A DNA stretch of 64,000 bases from Dehalococcoidia bacterium (GTDB lineage: Bacteria; Chloroflexota; Dehalococcoidia; Plut-88900). The position numbers were made by a program, and so were the translations under genes. This document shows positions 58,920 to 64,000 of the stretch, piece by piece (positions within the stretch are counted from its first letter, which is position 1; each line of letters starts with the position of its first letter). The DNA is taken from assembly GCA_965207225.1 (NCBI GenBank), contig CBDBLV010000005.1, positions 224,001 through 288,000 of the forward strand, read 5' to 3'. Under the pieces are notes generated by a model that had not been told where the DNA came from, made no database searches, and worked only from the letters and a program-made list of their open reading frames with translations.

Positions 58920-61900
58920 CTACTCCCCAGCAACCGGCTCCGGTGCTCCGGCAACCTCTGGACTCGTCCTGTGAAACAGTCGGTTCAACAGCCTCGGGAT
59001 GCTGTCGTTGAAGAGCATGTAGACGATCGGCAGCACTACCAGCGTCAGGGCCGTGGAGCTTATCAGCCCCCCGATTACTACCGTGGCCAACTCCGCGCTG
59101 ATTATCCCGCCGCTCCCCTCCGACGCCACGGCCAGGGGTAGCAGCGCAAAGCTGGTGGTCAGCGCGGTCATCAGGATGGGCCGCAGCCTCACCCGGGCCC
59201 CGGATATCAGGGCGTCGTAGACCGCCAACCCTCGGGCCCTCTGCTGCTCCACGAACGCGATCAGCACTATGGCGTTGGTCACCACTATCCCGATTAGCAG
59301 CAGCACCCCCATCATGGCTGCCAGGCCAAGCGACCGGTCCGTCACCGTAAGCGCCAGCATCACCCCGACCAGGGCCAGTGGCAGGGTCAGGATGATAACG
59401 AAGGGGTTCCTCAGGCTCCCCAGGGCTGCAACCATAACCAGGTAGACCAGCACTATCCCGACCGCCATGGCCGTGAAGATGGCCTGGAATCCCTCCTCTA
59501 TGTCGGCGAAGATTCCGCCGCTGTTCACCTCGACCCCCGGGGGCAGGTCCAGGGCGTCAATCTTCTCGTCCACGATTACGCCCACCGCTTGCGTGTCGTC
59601 GGCGATTATGTCCGCCTCGATGCTCGCCGACCTCCGGCCGTCAGTCCGGCTTATGGACACGGGCCCTTCCCGCAGTACGGGCTCGGCCAGCTCACCCAGG
59701 GGCGCCGACCCCAGGGGCCCGACTATCATCAAAGAACTAAGCTGGTCGACACCCCCTACGGCCCGGGGATCACCCGTAAGGACCACGTCCACCGCCTCCC
59801 CGTCCACGTTGATGGAGGTTACCCTCTGCCCAATGGTGTACTGGCTTAGCTGGATCCCCACCTGCCTCGTGGTCAGGCCGATTTGCCCCGCCTTCTCCGG
59901 GTCAACCTCCACCGCCACCTCTGCGCGGGCTTCGGCCACGTCGCTTTCCAGGTTCACCACGCCGTCGATGGTTGCGATGGAGGCGGCAAGCTCTTCGGTC
60001 ACCTCGGCAATGTCATCGTAGTCGGGGCCCGTGACGAAGATCTCGATCCCGCCCGTCGGCGGCCCGTCCGATATCTCCGAAATTCGCAGCGTCTGGCCCG
60101 GCTTTTCGAACTCACCCCTAAGAGTCTCTGCGATCCCATCCGGTGCGTCGTCGGAGAGCCGCACGAAGAAGCTGGCCTGCTGCAGCCCTGCCGTGGGATC
60201 GTCCCCCGTCCCGGGTCCTGCAAAGTCGCTGCCGCCGATGCTCACGGTGTATACGTCAGACAGCTCGTCGACCCTCGACTCCACTTCGGCTACGGCTTCC
60301 ACCGTGCGCTCCACCCCCGAGCCGGGCGGTACGCTTAACTCGATGCTCAGGAAACGGTCGCCGCTGCCTCCGAACAGGTTGACAGGGATGTTGGCCAGGA
60401 GTCCCAGGCTCCCGACGGTGATCAGTGCCGCTGCCCCCAGCGTCACGATCCGATGCCCCAGCGCCCACTTAAGGATGACCAGGTAGGTCCGCTGCAGCCA
60501 GGTCTCCTGCATCGGGATGTCTCCCTCGTCACCTGCGCCCTCGGGCAGGTCCCCGGGGCGCAGCAGGAAGGCCCCGAGCACCGGCACCGCGGTCAACGCC
60601 ACCAGCAGCGATGCCACCAGCGCGAAGCTCACCGTCAGGGCAAAGGGCAGGAAGAATGCCCCGACCAGCCCTTCTATGAAGCCCAGGGGCACGAACACCA
60701 CCACCGTGGTCATCGTCGATGCGAAGATGGCGGGCCCGACCTCCTTCGTCGCATCAAATGCCGCCCGCCACCGTTCTCGACCACCCTGGATGTGCCGGTA
60801 TACGTTCTCCAGTACCACGATCGAGTCGTCCACCACCCGGCCCACCGATATGGCCAACCCACCCAGAGTCATGAAGTTCAGAGTCATGTCCTGCCAGTTC
60901 ATCAGCAGGATGCCCGTGAACACGCTCAGGGGTATTGACAGTGCAATGACCACCGTTGGGCGCAGGGTGTTGAAGAACCCCTTCACGAAGGTTGGGCGGA
61001 TGGTCAGCATGAAGGCGAACACCACCGTCACCGCAAACAGGAACCCGAACGTCGCCTCCCGCAGCAGGTTGTCTATCTGTTGCTGGATCTCGGGGCCCTG
61101 GTCCGTCACGACGATGATGTCAATGTCCCCGGGAATGCCTTGAACTCCATCGGTAAAGTCGGTCACACCGCCGGTGACGTCCACGGTGTTGGCCTCGGGC
61201 TCCTTGGTCACGCTCACAAAGAGCCCCGGCTTCCCATTGGTGCGCGATATGCTGGACGGCGCCCCCGTCCCGAACGACACCTCCGCCACGTCCGACAGCC
61301 GCACGGGCCCCGACCCGTTCGACCCTACCACCAGGCTCTCCAGCTCCTCCACCGATCCCAGGGTGTGGGTCGTTTTGGCAATCACCGCTTGGCCTCCGTC
61401 AAAGAGCAGGCCAGCGGGAAGGGTCACGTTGTTCTCCCGAAGGGCCGACGACACCTGGAACATCGAGACGCCCTGCGCCGACATCTTCTCCAGGTCCGCA
61501 GTCACGATGAAGTTGCGGTCCACGTCCCCCACCAGCTGGACGTCCGCCACCCCCTCGATCTTCTCGATCTCCGGGATGATGATGTCCTGCACTACTTCCT
61601 GCACTTCTATGAGCGGCCTGTCCGACACCACGCCGAACTGGATTACCGGGAACGCGTCGGGGTTGAAGCGGCCGACCTCCGGGTCTTCCGCTGCAGGCGG
61701 GAATGTCACGCCATTAAGGGCGTTCTCCACGTATGCCTCGGCCTCGGCCATGTCCGTGCCGTATTGGAATGTGCCGAGCACTATCACCCGACCCTCCGAA
61801 GAAGAAGACTGAACCGTCTCCAGACCATCCGCCCCCGAGATCGCTCGCTCGATGGGTTCGGTGACGTCCCGGACTACGGCCTCGGGGTCGGCGGACGGGT

Positions 61901-62054
61901 ACGACGCTATGACTGTGACCAGGGGAAACTCGATCTGTGGGAACAGTTCCACCTGCATCGCCCGGTAGGAGAACACCCCGCCGGCCAAAACAAGAATGAT
62001 GGTCAGAAGCGTAACTGTCGGGCGGCGCAGCGCGAAGGAAGTAAGAAAGGTCAA
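58920..62054 (-). CDS. RND efflux permease (AcrB/SwrC-like)
   Basis: 1044 aa; VGRVVDDSIVVLENVYRH, GIVVTNAIVL, RLRPILMTALTT. Confidence 0.96.
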   Translation of the reverse strand: MTFLTSFALRRPTVTLLTIILVLAGGVFSYRAMQVELFPQIEFPLVTVIASYPSADPEAVVRDVTEPIERAISGADGLETVQSSSSEGRVIVLGTFQYGTDMAEAEAYVENALNGVTFPPAAEDPEVGRFNPDAFPVIQFGVVSDRPLIEVQEVVQDIIIPEIEKIEGVADVQLVGDVDRNFIVTADLEKMSAQGVSMFQVSSALRENNVTLPAGLLFDGGQAVIAKTTHTLGSVEELESLVVGSNGSGPVRLSDVAEVSFGTGAPSSISRTNGKPGLFVSVTKEPEANTVDVTGGVTDFTDGVQGIPGDIDIIVVTDQGPEIQQQIDNLLREATFGFLFAVTVVFAFMLTIRPTFVKGFFNTLRPTVVIALSIPLSVFTGILLMNWQDMTLNFMTLGGLAISVGRVVDDSIVVLENVYRHIQGGRERWRAAFDATKEVGPAIFASTMTTVVVFVPLGFIEGLVGAFFLPFALTVSFALVASLLVALTAVPVLGAFLLRPGDLPEGAGDEGDIPMQETWLQRTYLVILKWALGHRIVTLGAAALITVGSLGLLANIPVNLFGGSGDRFLSIELSVPPGSGVERTVEAVAEVESRVDELSDVYTVSIGGSDFAGPGTGDDPTAGLQQASFFVRLSDDAPDGIAETLRGEFEKPGQTLRISEISDGPPTGGIEIFVTGPDYDDIAEVTEELAASIATIDGVVNLESDVAEARAEVAVEVDPEKAGQIGLTTRQVGIQLSQYTIGQRVTSINVDGEAVDVVLTGDPRAVGGVDQLSSLMIVGPLGSAPLGELAEPVLREGPVSISRTDGRRSASIEADIIADDTQAVGVIVDEKIDALDLPPGVEVNSGGIFADIEEGFQAIFTAMAVGIVLVYLVMVAALGSLRNPFVIILTLPLALVGVMLALTVTDRSLGLAAMMGVLLLIGIVVTNAIVLIAFVEQQRARGLAVYDALISGARVRLRPILMTALTTSFALLPLAVASEGSGGIISAELATVVIGGLISSTALTLVVLPIVYMLFNDSIPRLLNRLFHRTSPEVAGAPEPVAGE

Positions 62055-62200
62055 CTGGGCTCTCCTGGGTTAAGGGGGACTGGGGAATGACTGACAGGCA
62101 TTTGTGAAAACCTTATCAATAGTTTAGCACGTTGGTGTCGACATGGCGGGGCCTTCTCCAACGACCATCCCCAGCGTCGACAAAATCAGTGAGCAAGCGC

Positions 62201-63607
62201 TTATGTGACTGCACGCTCTTTGCCGGAACGCTCATCCACGGGGTCGGCGGATGGCAACTCGAAGATGAAGGCGCTGCCCCGGCCAAGCTCACTCTCCGTC
62301 CAGATCCGACCGCCTTGCGATTCTATAAGCTGCTTTGCAATGGTGAGCCCCAGCCCCGCTCCCCCCGTGACCCGAGACCTCGAAGGGTCGACCCGGTAGA
62401 ATCGCTCGAACACCGACTCCAGGGCCTCCCCATCTATCCCCTCGCCCGTGTCCCTCACCGACACCCGGACATAACCGGGCCTGCCGCCGGCAACCGCAAG
62501 TGTCACCGAGCCGCCTTCAGGCGTGTGTTTCACCGCATTGTCCACCAGGTTGTACATGACTTGCTCCACCCGCCCCCGGTCCATCGACGCCAACGGAACG
62601 TCGGTGGCGGTTTCGCACCGAATGGACACCCCCTTCGCCGAGGCCCGCGGCCCGAAGGCCTCCGACACCCTTTCCATCAGTTCGTCCATCCTCCTCAGTT
62701 GCACGTCGAGCCTGAGTTCCCCTGTCTCGGCCAGCGTCAGCAGCCGCAGGTCCTCAACAAGACGGGTGAGCTGTGCGACCTGTTGCCGAACGATCTCGAG
62801 AGTGTCCGCGCTGGGCTCGGCCAGTCCGTCGCGCATCGCTTCAACGTAGCCCCCGATGTTGCTGAGGGGTGTCCGCAGCTCGTGGGCCACGTCGGCGAGG
62901 AGGGCCCGACGCTGCCGCTCCGCCGTCTCCAGGTCCTCCGCCATGCGGTTGAACGCATGACCCAGGCGTCCAATCTCATCCTGGGAGGAGGGTTTCACCC
63001 GTTGGGCCAGGTCGCCCCGGCCAAGCTTTTCCGCCGCCGCCGAAAGGGCCCGCACGGGAGACAGCGCCCGCCGGGACATGACCCCCACGGCGATTATGCC
63101 CACGCCCCCCGCCGCCAGCCCTGCCCAGAGCAGGGCCTCGCTCACATGGTCCGCCAGGTCCGAGTCCACCGGCTCGCGGAGTTCTTCCAAAATGAATCGA
63201 TGGATAGGCATGAGGGCCACGCTGCCCAGTGCCTCCCCACCCTCCGTATAGAGCGTCGCGCCCCAGGCGGCTCCATCTTGGTCCACCGCCCCGGGACCCA
63301 ACCACCAGTGGGAGTCGCCAATCAGCTTACCCCCGTCATCCCACAACACGACCCTCACGCCCAGCAGTCTCCCCAGCCTTTCAACGTTGGGCTGAATGTC
63401 CGCCCACCCCCGGCCCTCGGCCAAGTGTTCGTCCAGGGCCGCTCGGACCCGCTCCACACGGACTTCCATTCTCTGCTCTTCGCTGCGCTCCGCCTCCCGC
63501 TCCGACTCCCCGCTCACGTACCAGCCTACCGAAAGCAATGCCGCGGACAGCACCACCGCAAATCCCGCCACCAGGCGGACCTGGAGACTGGACAGCAGCC
63601 TACGCAT
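62201..63607 (-). CDS. Two-component sensor histidine kinase (BaeS-like, HAMP)
   Basis: DEIGRL..AFNRMA, ADVAHELRTPL, NLVDNAVKHT, GAGLGLTIAK; start MRRLLSS at 63607. Confidence 0.96.
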   Translation of the reverse strand: MRRLLSSLQVRLVAGFAVVLSAALLSVGWYVSGESEREAERSEEQRMEVRVERVRAALDEHLAEGRGWADIQPNVERLGRLLGVRVVLWDDGGKLIGDSHWWLGPGAVDQDGAAWGATLYTEGGEALGSVALMPIHRFILEELREPVDSDLADHVSEALLWAGLAAGGVGIIAVGVMSRRALSPVRALSAAAEKLGRGDLAQRVKPSSQDEIGRLGHAFNRMAEDLETAERQRRALLADVAHELRTPLSNIGGYVEAMRDGLAEPSADTLEIVRQQVAQLTRLVEDLRLLTLAETGELRLDVQLRRMDELMERVSEAFGPRASAKGVSIRCETATDVPLASMDRGRVEQVMYNLVDNAVKHTPEGGSVTLAVAGGRPGYVRVSVRDTGEGIDGEALESVFERFYRVDPSRSRVTGGAGLGLTIAKQLIESQGGRIWTESELGRGSAFIFELPSADPVDERSGKERAVT

Positions 63608-64000
63608 ATTCGAACCGGTAGCCCTGGCCGTAGACCGTGCGTATGTACCCCTTGCCGCTCGGCCCTTTCCCCAGCTTCCGCCGCAGGTTGTAGATCTGGG
63701 AGTCGACCGCCCTGTCAAAGCCATCGAAGTCGTAGCCGTACACCGCGTCGATTATTCGGTCCCGGGAGAGTATGCGCCCGGGCTCCCGCATAAACATCAC
63801 CAGCAGGCGGAACTCCGTCCGGGTGAGATCTATGGCCCGTCCACCGACCCAGGCGGCGTATTCGCGTACGTCGACCCTTATGCCCCCGGCAGTGAGGTCG
63901 CCGGGGCCCCGGTCAAGGGCGTCGCGGGCCGTGCGCCGGAGGACGGCCCGGACCCGGGCGGCCAGCTCCCGGGGGCTGAAGGGCTTCGTTATGTAGTCGT
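63600..64000 (-). CDS. OmpR-family response regulator (partial, runs off window end)
   Basis: DYITKPFSPRELAARVRAVLRR, LTRTEFRLL, DRAVDSQIYNLRRKL, IRTVYGQGYRF. Confidence 0.95.
   Translation of the reverse strand, partial: DYITKPFSPRELAARVRAVLRRTARDALDRGPGDLTAGGIRVDVREYAAWVGGRAIDLTRTEFRLLVMFMREPGRILSRDRIIDAVYGYDFDGFDRAVDSQIYNLRRKLGKGPSGKGYIRTVYGQGYRFEYA

Overview
GC-rich bacterial chromosome segment, most consistent with Chloroflexota/Dehalococcoidia (SAR202-like). This is inferred from expanded acyl-CoA dehydrogenase and SDR paralog arrays, many Pro/Thr-linker lipoproteins and GAAC-N4-GTTC-like boxes; no database search was possible. The main finding is a minimal phage head/packaging gene set split into two operons about 8 kb apart among host genes. 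The first (3107-7105, +) encodes a scaffold, major capsid protein, adaptor and a beta-propeller tail-like protein. The second (15473-19287, -) encodes a small terminase-like protein, a coiled-coil/TM protein, large terminase and portal. Each operon has its own sigma70 promoter overlapped by LexA-like boxes, and no integrase, replication, repressor, tape-measure or endolysin gene is present. This suggests a domesticated, SOS-linked GTA-like particle system. Other notable items: a Cro-like HTH fused to inositol-3-phosphate synthase with a palindromic operator in its own promoter; an AOR-family protein lacking all four [4Fe-4S] cysteines, next to an NAD-linked formate dehydrogenase; an NYN RNase behind a structured, terminated ~70-nt leader RNA; an array of 8 acyl-CoA dehydrogenases (7 alpha-like, 1 beta-like) interleaved with toxin-antitoxin/nuclease cassettes and palindromic repeats; 4 tandem SDRs; three families of intergenic palindromes; and three apparent frameshifts that may be sequencing errors.
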